Of a stretch of 64,000 bases of DNA, positions 19,235 through 29,493 are shown in pieces. Source of the DNA: a candidate division WOR-3 bacterium. Its GTDB lineage: Bacteria; Hydrothermota; Hydrothermia; LBFQ01. Made by a program: the position numbers and the translations under genes. The stretch is taken from contig JBDRWW010000001.1 of assembly GCA_039802605.1 (NCBI GenBank), positions 224,001-288,000 of the forward strand. Direction: 5' to 3'. Below the pieces are notes generated by a model. The model did no database searches and was not told where the DNA came from. It was given only the letters and a program-made list of their open reading frames with translations. Numbering within the stretch: position 1 is the stretch's first letter; each line of letters starts with the position of its first letter.

Positions 19235-20454
19235 GGTTATTACCTTATATAGCGGCGGTTGTTCTGGGTGTGTCCTTTGTTGCTCTTAAAGTTTATAAGG
19301 AAACAAAGATGGGGAGAAGCGTTTATGCACCCCTTTCGGACCTGAAAACCCTGTTAAACACGCCAATTGTGGGAACAATCGAAGACTCGTATTCTTACCT
19401 ATTATCTGCATATGGGTATTACAAGAACTTTGTGCCTGTAATAGATTGGGAAAGGGATAGGTATTTCGTATCTTTCAGGTTCTTATCTTCCATAGTATTC
19501 GTTCCTTTTATGTGGATATTTAAGGGTTATTTCCCAATAGCGTATATATTATTCTTTTCGTTGGCGGTTATGCTCTCTTATGCCCATCTATTACAAACCC
19601 TAAAAATACACCCGATAATATCAACCATAACTTTGGTTGCATTATCCCCTTTAACATTTTACCACATACCCCGTTTGATGTTGGAACCCCCAGCGGTTTT
19701 ATTTCTAATCTGGTTTTTGATATCATTTTTAAAGCGTAGGTATATCTTATCCTTTGTTTTCCTGTTTATCGCGGGAATAATTAGGGCCGAGATTTCGGTT
19801 TTGTGTCTTATTTTTGGAATTTACGCTTTTGCGAAAACACGCAAGTTGTCCTTTTCGCTTTCGGTAATACCGGTCATTTTACAAGTTTCCATTAATTATT
19901 TCCTCGGGGATCAGAGCAACTTTTATTTTTGGACCTATAGGGGATATTTGGAAAACTTTAAGTATAATGAGTATTCATCGGATAATGTGAAGGCATGCAT
20001 TAATAAAAAACTGGGATTTGTTCCGGAAAAGCCGATGATATATACACACCCGTATTTAAGGGTTTCAACCGAATGTTGGAAAGAAGTTGTGTCATCCGAA
20101 ATGGATTTTAAGAAGGGTTTCGGTTATGCTTTTAAACAAATATTAAAAAACGCCTTTGATGTTGTATTTTTCCCGGTAAGTAAGTTTTCATCGTTCTTTA
20201 AATGGCCTATTTTATCCTTTTACCTTTTTTATGGTATATTGGTGTTTATTTCTGTTTTTGGATTTTGGTTTTGGGGTTCAAGACTTCTTATCGTATTCTA
20301 CGCCATCCTTATAACCATTTACTCGCTTTACAATCCCTTCGGATTGTTTGATTCTTCGAGGTTCAAACAGATGCTTATACCCTTTGAGGTGGTATTCATC
20401 TCCTCATTACTATCAATACATCGTTTTCAAGTTTTAAAACCTCGTCAATTTTAA
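19231..20454 (+). CDS. Multi-pass membrane protein (possibly GT-C fold)
   Basis: Many TM segments, 'DSYSY' loop, 'LMLE'; coupled to lysC. Confidence 0.55.
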   Translation: MRLLPYIAAVVLGVSFVALKVYKETKMGRSVYAPLSDLKTLLNTPIVGTIEDSYSYLLSAYGYYKNFVPVIDWERDRYFVSFRFLSSIVFVPFMWIFKGYFPIAYILFFSLAVMLSYAHLLQTLKIHPIISTITLVALSPLTFYHIPRLMLEPPAVLFLIWFLISFLKRRYILSFVFLFIAGIIRAEISVLCLIFGIYAFAKTRKLSFSLSVIPVILQVSINYFLGDQSNFYFWTYRGYLENFKYNEYSSDNVKACINKKLGFVPEKPMIYTHPYLRVSTECWKEVVSSEMDFKKGFGYAFKQILKNAFDVVFFPVSKFSSFFKWPILSFYLFYGILVFISVFGFWFWGSRLLIVFYAILITIYSLYNPFGLFDSSRFKQMLIPFEVVFISSLLSIHRFQVLKPRQF

Positions 20455-21475
20455 ACTTTAACCTCCTCTCCAAACCCAAATTTTCCGCATAAACATCCAA
20501 ACCCTTACCCATAAAGGAAGGGGAAACAAATGCATAGATTTTATCAACCAAACCGGAGTTTAGGAAAGTTGAAAACATCATCCTCCCCCCTTCAACCAAA
20601 ACCGATTGAATGCCGAAATCCTTTAAAACCTCCAAGATTTTTTGCGCATCTATGTTTTTAATTTTCCTTACAATTACGCCCTCGGGGACGACGGGTTCCC
20701 CAGAGGTTATAAGTATGGTGGGGGCGTTTTCGGTATGGAATATCCTTGCGGAAAATGGCACATTTCCCCTACCGCTTACAACAACCCTAAAAGGCATTCT
20801 TTCCGAATAAACATCCCTTGGGGTTAATAAAGGGTTATCGGTTAGTACCGTATTTGCACCTACGACAATGGCATCGTATTCCCCCCTTAATTTGTGAACC
20901 AACATCCTTGAAAAATCATCCGTTATCCATTTTGATTTTCCCCCAATATCCGCTATCTTTCCGTCAACCGTTAATGCCATTTTTAATGCCACAAACGGCC
21001 TATTTTTTTCATAGAAAGTAAAAAACGCCTCGTTTTGCTTTCTAACTTCATCTTCTAAAACCCCCCATTTAACATCTATACCCGCATTCAAGAGCTCTTT
21101 TACCCCCTTTCCCCTAACCTTTGGGTTCGGATCCAATGAGCCTATAATAACCTCCTTTATTCCGGCCTCTATAATCGCTTTTGTGCAAGGCGGTTGTTTT
21201 CCGTAAAAATTATGCGGTTCCAAACTAACATACATGCGGGCACCCTTACAGGATTCCCCGGCTTCCCTTATAGCCCTAACCTCCGCGTGTTCCTCCCCAT
21301 ATCTCCTGTGATAACCTATACCCACAATCCTACCCTTGTTCACTATTACCGCCCCGACCAGGGGGTTTGGAGAAACAAAACCCCTCCCAAATTCCGCCAA
21401 CCTTATAGCAAGTCTCATAAAAAATTCGTCGTCGTTTTCCCTATAAGCCCTTAAAACCTCCTCATCCCTTATCAA
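20396..21475 (-). CDS. ribD: Bifunctional pyrimidine deaminase/reductase (riboflavin synthesis)
   Basis: 'SPNPLVGAV', 'HAE', 'PPC', 'SKWIT', 'VLVEGG'. Confidence 0.95.
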   Translation of the reverse strand: MIRDEEVLRAYRENDDEFFMRLAIRLAEFGRGFVSPNPLVGAVIVNKGRIVGIGYHRRYGEEHAEVRAIREAGESCKGARMYVSLEPHNFYGKQPPCTKAIIEAGIKEVIIGSLDPNPKVRGKGVKELLNAGIDVKWGVLEDEVRKQNEAFFTFYEKNRPFVALKMALTVDGKIADIGGKSKWITDDFSRMLVHKLRGEYDAIVVGANTVLTDNPLLTPRDVYSERMPFRVVVSGRGNVPFSARIFHTENAPTILITSGEPVVPEGVIVRKIKNIDAQKILEVLKDFGIQSVLVEGGRMMFSTFLNSGLVDKIYAFVSPSFMGKGLDVYAENLGLERRLKFKIDEVLKLENDVLIVMRR

Positions 21476-21984
21476 AGTTTTTTAATTTCGGATTTGAAGG
21501 GAACGGGGTTTGAAACCGTATATGCGGCCGGACACTTTTTATCCGCCAACTCCCTTATCTCGTTTAAAACCTCAAAGGGGGCATCCGATTCAACCTCTAA
21601 GAATACCCCAACCTCTTCAACCACGGGGGCATCCGCGATTTCAAAAACGGCCTTCATATTAACCTTACTATAACCCCTAGCCCTTAAGGATTTTATTTCT
21701 ACCCCCTTTAAAGCCGCCAGGGTCATAAACGTGGTGCAATAACAAGCCACCATGGAAAAAACGCAGTATTGAACGGGATTCGGGGCATTTCCATTGCCTC
21801 CGGATGGTGTCGGTTGATCCGTGAATAGGGTTATTGAACCGTTTTCAAACTTCAACTCCGCCGAAAACTGTGTTTCCCCAAAATTCCAAGATCCTTCAAC
21901 TTCGAAAATGCGATGTTCCGGCATTTCTCCACTTTCCAGCTTCTTACGACTTTCTAAAATTCTCTCAACATTTATATTGTTCAT
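21472..21984 (-). CDS. OsmC family protein
   Basis: 'DQP..GG.G.APNP...ACYC', 'KKCP'; start placed at ATG 21984 (TATAAT 7 nt upstream). Confidence 0.85.
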   Translation of the reverse strand: MNNINVERILESRKKLESGEMPEHRIFEVEGSWNFGETQFSAELKFENGSITLFTDQPTPSGGNGNAPNPVQYCVFSMVACYCTTFMTLAALKGVEIKSLRARGYSKVNMKAVFEIADAPVVEEVGVFLEVESDAPFEVLNEIRELADKKCPAAYTVSNPVPFKSEIKKL

Positions 21985-21992
21985 CTTGGGTA

Positions 21993-23237
21993 TTATAAAG
22001 CGGGTTGTTTTGTAAGGTTTAAAACCCTTCTCCTCCAAAAGGCGGATTTTCTTGCGGAATTTTTTATCCTCTTCTTTTCAAGTAGAGGTCTCGTAGCATC
22101 CGTGGATTCGGGATGCCTCCTGTAATAGTATAAAACCTTATGTATCCTTCCAATCCTATAAAGTTCGCTTATCTTTAAAACCACATCGTAATCTTCGGCA
22201 AAATTCGGAAAATTAACCTCATCAAATCCCCCAATCCTTTCCAGAACTTCCCTCTTATAACTCCTAACGGCCCCGGCACCCTCTACCCTTAAAATGTTGT
22301 TTATAGAAAACTCCAAATGCTTAACCGTTCCCATTTCCCCTATCGGATTACCCTTTTCATCAACCACTTGGTAATATGATACGGCCAATCCAACAGGGTA
22401 TTCCTTATGGTATTCGTAAACGGTTCTTAAAGCATCCTTTGAGTAAAAATCGTCGGAATCCAACTGCGAAATTATCCAACCCTTTGAATTTTTTATACCC
22501 ATGTTTAAGCAACCCGCCAAACTCTCCCCATAAACCTCAACTAACTTTATTCTACCATCCCCTTGTGAAAACCTCTTAACGATTTCCCTCGTATTATCCG
22601 TTGAGCCGTTATCCACAACTATGCACTCCCAGTGTGGGAAATCGTTTTCTAAAATCGATTCCAAGGCCTTACCTATGAACCTTTCCCTATTCCTTACTGG
22701 GATTATAACGGATATATAGGGCTTATGCGGCTTTTCTTTTAAAGGCAGGTCAAGGGGTTTGTTTAAATATGCCCCAATTTTAACGAGGAAATCCTTAAAG
22801 ATCCCCTCCAAGGCAATCTCGTCCTCTTGGGAATATGTTAGGTATTTAAAAGCCTCGGAGTAAAGTTTCCCAAACCCCTCAACGCTAAACCTTTCAGATA
22901 GAACCCTATCGAGGACCAAATGGTTTTTACCTATAATATATAGTTGCAACCTCGCGTAATATTCCCAGAATTTTCCGTATTTCCAAGCCTTTATACCCTC
23001 CAAAAAATCCCAATGGTACAACCTCAAAGGTCCCAACTCCGCCCTTTCGGTAAAATCCTGAAAATCCCCAACATCAAAAACCTTACCCTTATAAATGTAT
23101 TTACCAACAACTATTGGATGTTTTGGGATATCCTTTAAGTTTTCGTATATTACGGCGGCGTTATCCTCCAAAACCGCCAGCACATCCCCAACCCTATTGG
23201 GTAAAGGCTCCCCAGATTTTAAAAACTGTACTTTCAT
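21993..23237 (-). CDS. Glycosyltransferase family 2
   Basis: 'ISVIIPVRN', 'VDNGSTD', 'LDSDD', 'EDYD'. Confidence 0.9.
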   Translation of the reverse strand: MKVQFLKSGEPLPNRVGDVLAVLEDNAAVIYENLKDIPKHPIVVGKYIYKGKVFDVGDFQDFTERAELGPLRLYHWDFLEGIKAWKYGKFWEYYARLQLYIIGKNHLVLDRVLSERFSVEGFGKLYSEAFKYLTYSQEDEIALEGIFKDFLVKIGAYLNKPLDLPLKEKPHKPYISVIIPVRNRERFIGKALESILENDFPHWECIVVDNGSTDNTREIVKRFSQGDGRIKLVEVYGESLAGCLNMGIKNSKGWIISQLDSDDFYSKDALRTVYEYHKEYPVGLAVSYYQVVDEKGNPIGEMGTVKHLEFSINNILRVEGAGAVRSYKREVLERIGGFDEVNFPNFAEDYDVVLKISELYRIGRIHKVLYYYRRHPESTDATRPLLEKKRIKNSARKSAFWRRRVLNLTKQPAL

Positions 23238-24160
23238 CCACCCCCAAGGGATTGGACATATTTGTTTCTCAAATCCGTAGCAACCGTCCTTATTGCATTT
23301 GAAAGGTTTGAACCCACCTGTAGGTTTTCCACCCTCTGACTTAGAGGGTTGCCATTAACCTCAACGGGTTTTCCGGTTTTTACATCATAAATGGTTATTG
23401 TAAAACTAACTATGTTGTTTTTTGAAGAAACCGAACCGAAGACGAATATGTCGGAACCCACGGTTTGCGCTATGCTTAAAACATCCCTTTCGTTTATCGT
23501 CCTTTTCGTTAATCCCTTTGAATTTATATACATCTTTGCCGCATTTTTATCATAAACCCTAAACCTCGTGCTCTCGTTAAAAACATCGTATATGTAATCC
23601 ATCAATGTATCGCCTAAGCCATAGGATGCCGCCTGATCATCCTCTTCCCTAAAAGGAAAAACGATAACCTTCTTTTGCAAAAACTCAACTCCCCTATAAG
23701 CCTTGTTTAATTCGTCAAGGACCAAAGGGGTTATATCATGCCTTGAATCGTACCAAACAGCATTTGATACATCAAGGACAACCTCATAACCCATACCCTT
23801 TGCTATCCTCTCGGTTGTTTCCCTAACTTTCTGGATATAAGGGGTCATTACCTCTTTGCTTTTGGCCTCAACCTGCTTGATTATAAAGTTTGAAATACTA
23901 TCAAGTTGCCTTTTGTATCCTTCTATTTCCCGTTGTCTTAAAATCCTCTCCGCATCCGTTAATATAGGCCACTGCTTTTCCAATGCGGATTGTAGGGAAT
24001 CCAACTTTCTCTTTACGGAATCCCTTTTAACTTCAAGGGTTGCCTTATACCTTATAACCTGCTCCCTCGCATCCTTTAAATCTATGTATTCGTTGTAAAT
24101 CTTTTCCATATTCACAAGGGCCACCTTGGAGGATTGGGACAAAATCATCAAAAGAACCAT
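23234..24160 (-). CDS. OmpH/Skp chaperone domain fused to a CsgG/TolB-N-like alpha/beta domain
   Basis: 'KVALVNMEKI...GYEVVLD...DITPLVLDELN' followed by 'VIVFPF...IAQTVGSDIFVFGSV...IYDVKTG'; start uncertain (24187, 24160 or 24148). Confidence 0.7.
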   Translation of the reverse strand: MVLLMILSQSSKVALVNMEKIYNEYIDLKDAREQVIRYKATLEVKRDSVKRKLDSLQSALEKQWPILTDAERILRQREIEGYKRQLDSISNFIIKQVEAKSKEVMTPYIQKVRETTERIAKGMGYEVVLDVSNAVWYDSRHDITPLVLDELNKAYRGVEFLQKKVIVFPFREEDDQAASYGLGDTLMDYIYDVFNESTRFRVYDKNAAKMYINSKGLTKRTINERDVLSIAQTVGSDIFVFGSVSSKNNIVSFTITIYDVKTGKPVEVNGNPLSQRVENLQVGSNLSNAIRTVATDLRNKYVQSLGGG

Positions 24161-24879
24161 GACAATCTGGAAATCCTCCCGTGCCAAATTTTGAGGTATA
24201 CCCTTATGGAATCACGGGAATGATCACCGTAATGAATGCTATCAACAACAACCTTACCGAGGTAATCGCCCTCATCGAAATTCCCGGAGACACCGAAGTC
24301 AAGCCATAAGGCCAAGGTATCGTAAGGGGTTATATTAATGTATTTTTCGTATCCCGAAGGCGGTATTGGATAATCGGTATTGTAGGGTTTAAACAGGGTT
24401 TCCCTATGACCAAACTTCGCCGTATCCCGTGAAGGGGAGATCAATCTCAAACTATCAAGGACAAACAGAAGATATGCAAAGTTATCCCCATCTTCCGGAT
24501 TGCAAGGGGATATGCTGTCTTTAAAACACACACCGGAAAACTGTCCAGAACCATAAGAATAAAGGCTTATATGCGAATAATAGGGTGAAACATTTATAGT
24601 GTCGCTCATTCTAATATCCGATGGGGCGTATGCGAATACCAATAATTTTTTATATGGTGTGGTAATTAAAGCAAATGTATCCTTTGTTGTAAGTATCCAG
24701 CCCAAGGATGTGGAATCTACCCCATAAACCGTAAAACTATCCGCACCTTCCAAGTAATACCAATATATGTATAGGGATTTGCCATCCCTTCCGCCAATAA
24801 CTTTTGATATTCTCGGATTTGAAGGCAAAGTTCCGCCTGCACAGGATATAAACAGGGTTAATAATGCCAACCGTTTCAT
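24148..24879 (-). CDS. Hypothetical lipoprotein
   Basis: Lipobox-like MKRLALLTLFIS-C. Confidence 0.65.
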   Translation of the reverse strand: MKRLALLTLFISCAGGTLPSNPRISKVIGGRDGKSLYIYWYYLEGADSFTVYGVDSTSLGWILTTKDTFALITTPYKKLLVFAYAPSDIRMSDTINVSPYYSHISLYSYGSGQFSGVCFKDSISPCNPEDGDNFAYLLFVLDSLRLISPSRDTAKFGHRETLFKPYNTDYPIPPSGYEKYINITPYDTLALWLDFGVSGNFDEGDYLGKVVVDSIHYGDHSRDSIRVYLKIWHGRISRLSWFF

Positions 24880-25199
24880 ACCTTTATTTTTATCGCGTAT
24901 CCGAGGGCGTCCCTCGCGAGGCTTTCTATTTCCCTTATTATGTGTTCATCGCTCGTCCCTTCAAGGCCTATCTCTATAAATACCGGTTCCGTGCTTTCAA
25001 ATATCAGATTTTTGGTATATGGGGAGAATCCCTTTACCAACTTTTCATCTATTATAACCAAGGCATACTCCTGGGTGTTTAGTAGGCTTTTAACCTTTTT
25101 TTCAACTTCCAAAGAGTCTTCGGATTCAAAGACATCACAACCGGCCAAGAGGAAACCCGAAGAAAATTGAGGTCTTACTATTGCAAGAACCTTATGCAT
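24876..25199 (-). CDS. V/A-type ATP synthase subunit F (stand-alone)
   Basis: 'SGFLLAG', 'YALVIIDE', 'PVFIEI', 'ALGYAIK'. Confidence 0.8.
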   Translation of the reverse strand: MHKVLAIVRPQFSSGFLLAGCDVFESEDSLEVEKKVKSLLNTQEYALVIIDEKLVKGFSPYTKNLIFESTEPVFIEIGLEGTSDEHIIREIESLARDALGYAIKIKV

Positions 25200-25231
25200 A
25201 AGTTGGGAATTTTACAGGAGATTAATACAAC

Positions 25232-25259
25232 TTGACATAAAGTTAATCACCCTTAAAAT
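25232..25259 (+). promoter_or_regulatory. sigma70-type promoter
   Basis: TTGACA-16-TAAAAT, 8 nt before ATG 25268. Confidence 0.7.
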
Positions 25260-25267
25260 AGAATATT

Positions 25268-26854
25268 ATGAAAAGGTTATTTTTAGCGGTTGTCGCTTTA
25301 TAGGTTGCATTTTTGGGGTTTGCCCATGCCCAGTTTCCCCCAAGGCATATAGCCCTCGGCGATTGGCTTATGCTTCACGGCTCATTGGGTCATAACGGAT
25401 TCTCCGCCCTAAAGGGTTCAATTACTACTTGGAATGTAAAGTATTCCATAAGTGCAGGGGAAGGAGAATCCCAACCCGCCGTTGGCGATGCGAATGGAGA
25501 CGGTATCCCGGATATAGTATTTGTTAACTGGTTTAATTGTACCGTTAGTTCTTATAACGGTTCAACGGGGAGCTTACAATGGATGATATCCCTTGGGGGT
25601 TCCGGGGCTCCAAATGCCCCGGCTATGGCCGATCTAATACCTACTTCACCGGGACTTGAAATAGTGGTATCTTGTGGTTCCGCTTTATATCTCCTAAGGG
25701 GTACCGATGGTAGCACCATATGGGTAAACAGTTATGGGGGGTTTCCAGCTCCGGCCGTAGCGTTTGACGGACCCGATACTTTAATAATATCTTCAGATGG
25801 CGCAAATGTATATGCTCTTAGGCCTAATGGTACACTGGTTTGGTCTGCAACGGCCGGCGGAACAACATATCACTCCGCATCCCCGGCAATAGGTGATATA
25901 GATGGGGATGGCAGGTATGAAGTGGTTGTTTATGGTAATGACGGATATGTTAGAGCTTACCGATTTTCAAACGGTGCGTTTCTATGGAGCAGCTATGTTG
26001 GAAGCCCAGCTTGGTCGGAGGTTAGCCTTGGCGATATAAACGGCGATTGCATAGATGAGGTGATAGTTGCAAACTCATCGGGAGCCCTTTATACACTTAG
26101 AGGAACGGATGGTAGCACGATATGGACATATTCTTTGGGTGCGGTTCCGTCCGGACCCATATCCGTGGCGGATATCAACGGAGATAGGATAAACGATATT
26201 ATAGTGGGTCTTAGAAATAGTTCAGATGCTTGTGTTAGCGGTGTGGGTATAACCGTCTTATCCGGAACGGGGACACCTTTATGGAGTAATTGGGGCTGGA
26301 CACCAAACGCAATGCACGGAGGGGGAAGGATTGTTGCGGATTTTGATGGCGATGGGCAACTTGAAATAGCCGGCGTGCCTTATAGTTCTTGGTGCTCTGG
26401 AGATGGAACTTTTCGCATGTTTAACGCTTTAACCGGGACATTGGAATGGACATATCCTTATGGTGTAGATGCCGAAGGGGCTTCTATGGCGGATGTTGAT
26501 GGGGATATGTGCGCGGAATTGATGTTATTGCCATCATGCTGTGGGAGTATGAATATCGTTGTTTTGGATGGACCCGGTACCGGCTGCGGTTTTTATCCTT
26601 ATAACGATACCTGTGGCGTATTGGGTTATGATGACCCCGTTAATGTTGGGGAAGTTATATCATCCGATAAATTTGGGGTTGAAGGGGGAAAGGGTGGTTT
26701 GTTCGTTAATGGTGAGGGTTATGTTGTAATATACGATAATGCGGGCTCAAAGAGGTTTGAGGGATTTGTTAAGGGTAATAGGTTTGTGAGGTTGAATAAG
26801 GGGATTTATTATGTGAAAGTTGGAGGTGGAATAAGGGCGGTTGTGGTCAAATAA
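25268..26854 (+). pseudogene. FG-GAP/PQQ-repeat secreted protein with T9SS-like CTD, with an in-frame TAG in the signal peptide
   Basis: MKRLFLAVVAL*VAFLGFAHAQ (TAG 25301-25303), then a 513-aa open frame with 'GDxxGDG' repeats and C-terminus 'IYDNAG...LNKGIYYVKV...VVVK'. Confidence 0.75.
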
Positions 26855-26885
26855 GGGATAAAAAATCCGGGGATATAATTCCCTT

Positions 26886-29381
26886 ATGTTTCCCTTGCCC
26901 CCTTTTTTGGAGTTTTTTACATACGAGAGCTCCCACTTTCACATACATTATCATAAAGGGGTTGAAGATGTCGTTATAACCGTTTCGGAAATAGCGGACA
27001 GCATATACGAGGAGTATGTTAAGGTTTTTGGATACCATCCAGGGAAGATAAACCTTGTGGTTCTAGACGCCTACGATTTTTCAAACGGTTTTTCCACACC
27101 CATTTATGAAAACACTATTTACATTTTCCTCCAAAACCCATTTGCGGATTTTTACTTTGGATTTGGTTCAATGAAAAGCTGGTTGGAACTCCTTATATCT
27201 CATGAATTGGTTCATATATTTCACCTTGATTATCCGCATACATTTTTGGATTTTCCGGTTGCAGGCATTGTTAGGAAAACCTTTGGTAGGGTTCCATCAA
27301 TATTCGCATTTCCAAACATCTTTGACCCCGGTTGGCAAATAGAGGGTTTGGCGGTTTATTTTGAATCAAAAGGCGGATATGGCAGGTTAAACTCCGGCCA
27401 GTACAAAAACCTATTATTGGCTTATGTTTCGGGTAATAGGTTTTCCCCAGATATTATGTCAAGCAACCCATCCGTATGGCAGGAGGGTTTAATCCCGTAT
27501 CTATGGGGCGGCTTTTTCACAAAATATTTGGCTGAGAAATATGGTGAAGATTACATAATTGACAGGTTCGTTAAATCCTCTTATTTTGAAGACCCGTCTT
27601 GTGTTTTAACACTCGGATTTTTCCCGGGAAGTTGGATTTTAAAAGATTATGAGGATTTTAAAAGTTGGAGGGAGGGGCTTATAAAAGAGGCGATGGAATT
27701 TAAAATGCCGGATAGTCTAATAACGGATTACGGATACTTAAAACTTTCACCTACACTATCCCCATCAAGCAAATACTTGGCTTTTATTGAAAACACAACA
27801 TACGATTACCCTTCAATTGTGATAATTGACATAGGGAACGGAAAGGAAATAAACCGCTTAAAGGGTTTGGTCTTACCCAATTTGTCCTTTGAAGGGGATA
27901 GCGTCATTTACTTTGCCATGTACGAAAATCACAAAAACTTTTTCGTATTTTCGGATATTTATTCTTGGAATTTTATAACGGGGAAAACCAAAAGGATAAC
28001 AATGGGTGAAAGGGCCTTTTCACCGTATAAATACGGGGATACGCTCTTTTATGTAAGAAGGGTTGGGTTAAAGCAGGAGATAGTTATGAGGGTTGGGGAT
28101 AAAGGGGAAGTTTTACACACCGGAAAAGTTTATCAGGGATTTAATAACCTCCAATACTTTAACGGGAAATTGTTTCTCAGCATCAACGACGATGGGAAAT
28201 ACGATATAGGGTATTTTGACTTTGAAGATGGGGAAATTAAGAGGATTACAAACGATGAAGCCGTTGATATTTTTTCTTATGCGGATAGTTCGGGGGTTTA
28301 TTTTTCAAGGGATGAGGGGAAAGGTTATGAGGTTTTCGTTTATAAAAACGGTAAATTTTTTAAGGCTAACAAAAGGTTCTTTTCGGTTATGTATCCCAAG
28401 CCTTTTAAAGGGAAAGTATTGGGTTCTTATTTGACGCCAAAGGGTTATGATGTGGGAATTTCCGCCGTTGATTTTGAAATGGCGGAAGTCCCCATTTTAT
28501 ATAAACAAAAGGAGGAATTGCCCCTTTATGGCTTAAAGCCCGTTTCAAAACCTTACAACCCCCTAAAACACACGATTCCGAAGTATTGGTTACCCTCAAC
28601 ATTTGCCGTTTTGTACGATACCTTAATCATATTTGAATCCGCGGTTGAAACATCTGGTGGCGATGTTTTGTTTAGGCACAATTACGCATATTCTTTAAAC
28701 CTCTTTTCAAGGATAAGCCCTTCCGATACATTTCTGATGTTTTCTCAAAACCTCTCATATATATTTACCGGTTCTTATCCCTTTTTCTCCGCCAATATAA
28801 AATTGGCATACGATACCATTCCCCGCTTTGAAGTGTACCCGTCCTTTGATTTTCCCGTTTTTAAAACGAGGAGCTTGAAGGGGTTTTCAATAGTTTCAGG
28901 GTTTTCAAGGGATTTTTGGAAGTTGGGGGTTTCCGCTTATTATTCCTCGGCGTTTTCATACAAAAAAAGCGGGATTTTGGCCGAGGGCTTTACGGTTTAT
29001 ACGGAAGCGTTATACGGAAATTATGGAAAAGAGTTTTATGTAGGTGGAAGACTCGCTTTACCTCTGTGGAACATCCTCTTAAACTTTAAGGGCTTTGCCT
29101 ATAAAGGTTTGTTCGACACCTTGGGTTACTTTGTCCTATTGCTACCAAACATTTTTAAACCCAATTTTCCGGATATAAACATAGGGTTGATACCACCACC
29201 TTATTACCATTTTTCGCCTTTATTGTTCCTTTCAAGGATATACCCATCCGCCTTTTACGATGGGGATTTTGGATTTTTGCTCTTTGGAGATTTTGTAGTT
29301 TTGGGAAATACACCCATAACTTTTGGAGTCGGATATTCAATGTACCCGAATAGGGGTTTAAGGCTTGTAATTCGGCCATGA
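26886..29381 (+). CDS. Gluzincin-like domain + TolB-like propeller + beta-barrel outer membrane protein
   Basis: 'HELVH...WQIEGLAVYFES', propeller repeats, aromatic C-terminal strands. Confidence 0.7.
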   Translation: MFPLPPFLEFFTYESSHFHIHYHKGVEDVVITVSEIADSIYEEYVKVFGYHPGKINLVVLDAYDFSNGFSTPIYENTIYIFLQNPFADFYFGFGSMKSWLELLISHELVHIFHLDYPHTFLDFPVAGIVRKTFGRVPSIFAFPNIFDPGWQIEGLAVYFESKGGYGRLNSGQYKNLLLAYVSGNRFSPDIMSSNPSVWQEGLIPYLWGGFFTKYLAEKYGEDYIIDRFVKSSYFEDPSCVLTLGFFPGSWILKDYEDFKSWREGLIKEAMEFKMPDSLITDYGYLKLSPTLSPSSKYLAFIENTTYDYPSIVIIDIGNGKEINRLKGLVLPNLSFEGDSVIYFAMYENHKNFFVFSDIYSWNFITGKTKRITMGERAFSPYKYGDTLFYVRRVGLKQEIVMRVGDKGEVLHTGKVYQGFNNLQYFNGKLFLSINDDGKYDIGYFDFEDGEIKRITNDEAVDIFSYADSSGVYFSRDEGKGYEVFVYKNGKFFKANKRFFSVMYPKPFKGKVLGSYLTPKGYDVGISAVDFEMAEVPILYKQKEELPLYGLKPVSKPYNPLKHTIPKYWLPSTFAVLYDTLIIFESAVETSGGDVLFRHNYAYSLNLFSRISPSDTFLMFSQNLSYIFTGSYPFFSANIKLAYDTIPRFEVYPSFDFPVFKTRSLKGFSIVSGFSRDFWKLGVSAYYSSAFSYKKSGILAEGFTVYTEALYGNYGKEFYVGGRLALPLWNILLNFKGFAYKGLFDTLGYFVLLLPNIFKPNFPDINIGLIPPPYYHFSPLLFLSRIYPSAFYDGDFGFLLFGDFVVLGNTPITFGVGYSMYPNRGLRLVIRP

Positions 29382-29421
29382 GGGTTGTTATTAAACAAAA
29401 CGCCCTTATAATACCCACCTC

Positions 29422-29493
29422 GGCCCCATCGTCTAAGGGCTAGGACGCCACTCTTTCAAGGTGGAAGTGGGGGTTCGAGTCCCCCTGGGGCCG
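29422..29493 (+). tRNA. tRNA-Glu(TTC)
   Basis: GGCCCCA/TGGGGCC acceptor, CCACT-CTTTCAA-GGTGG anticodon arm, TTCGAGT T loop; no CCA. Confidence 0.96.

Noticed and set aside
25301..25303. Genome-wide TAG recoding (pyrrolysine or alternative code)
   Set aside because: TAG ends rpsG at its canonical C-terminus and also ends 57994-58341; only one internal TAG was seen
29461..29493. ORF-track N-terminal extension of purB (and 29433-29912 on the - strand)
   Set aside because: Lies inside tRNA-Glu or antisense to purB
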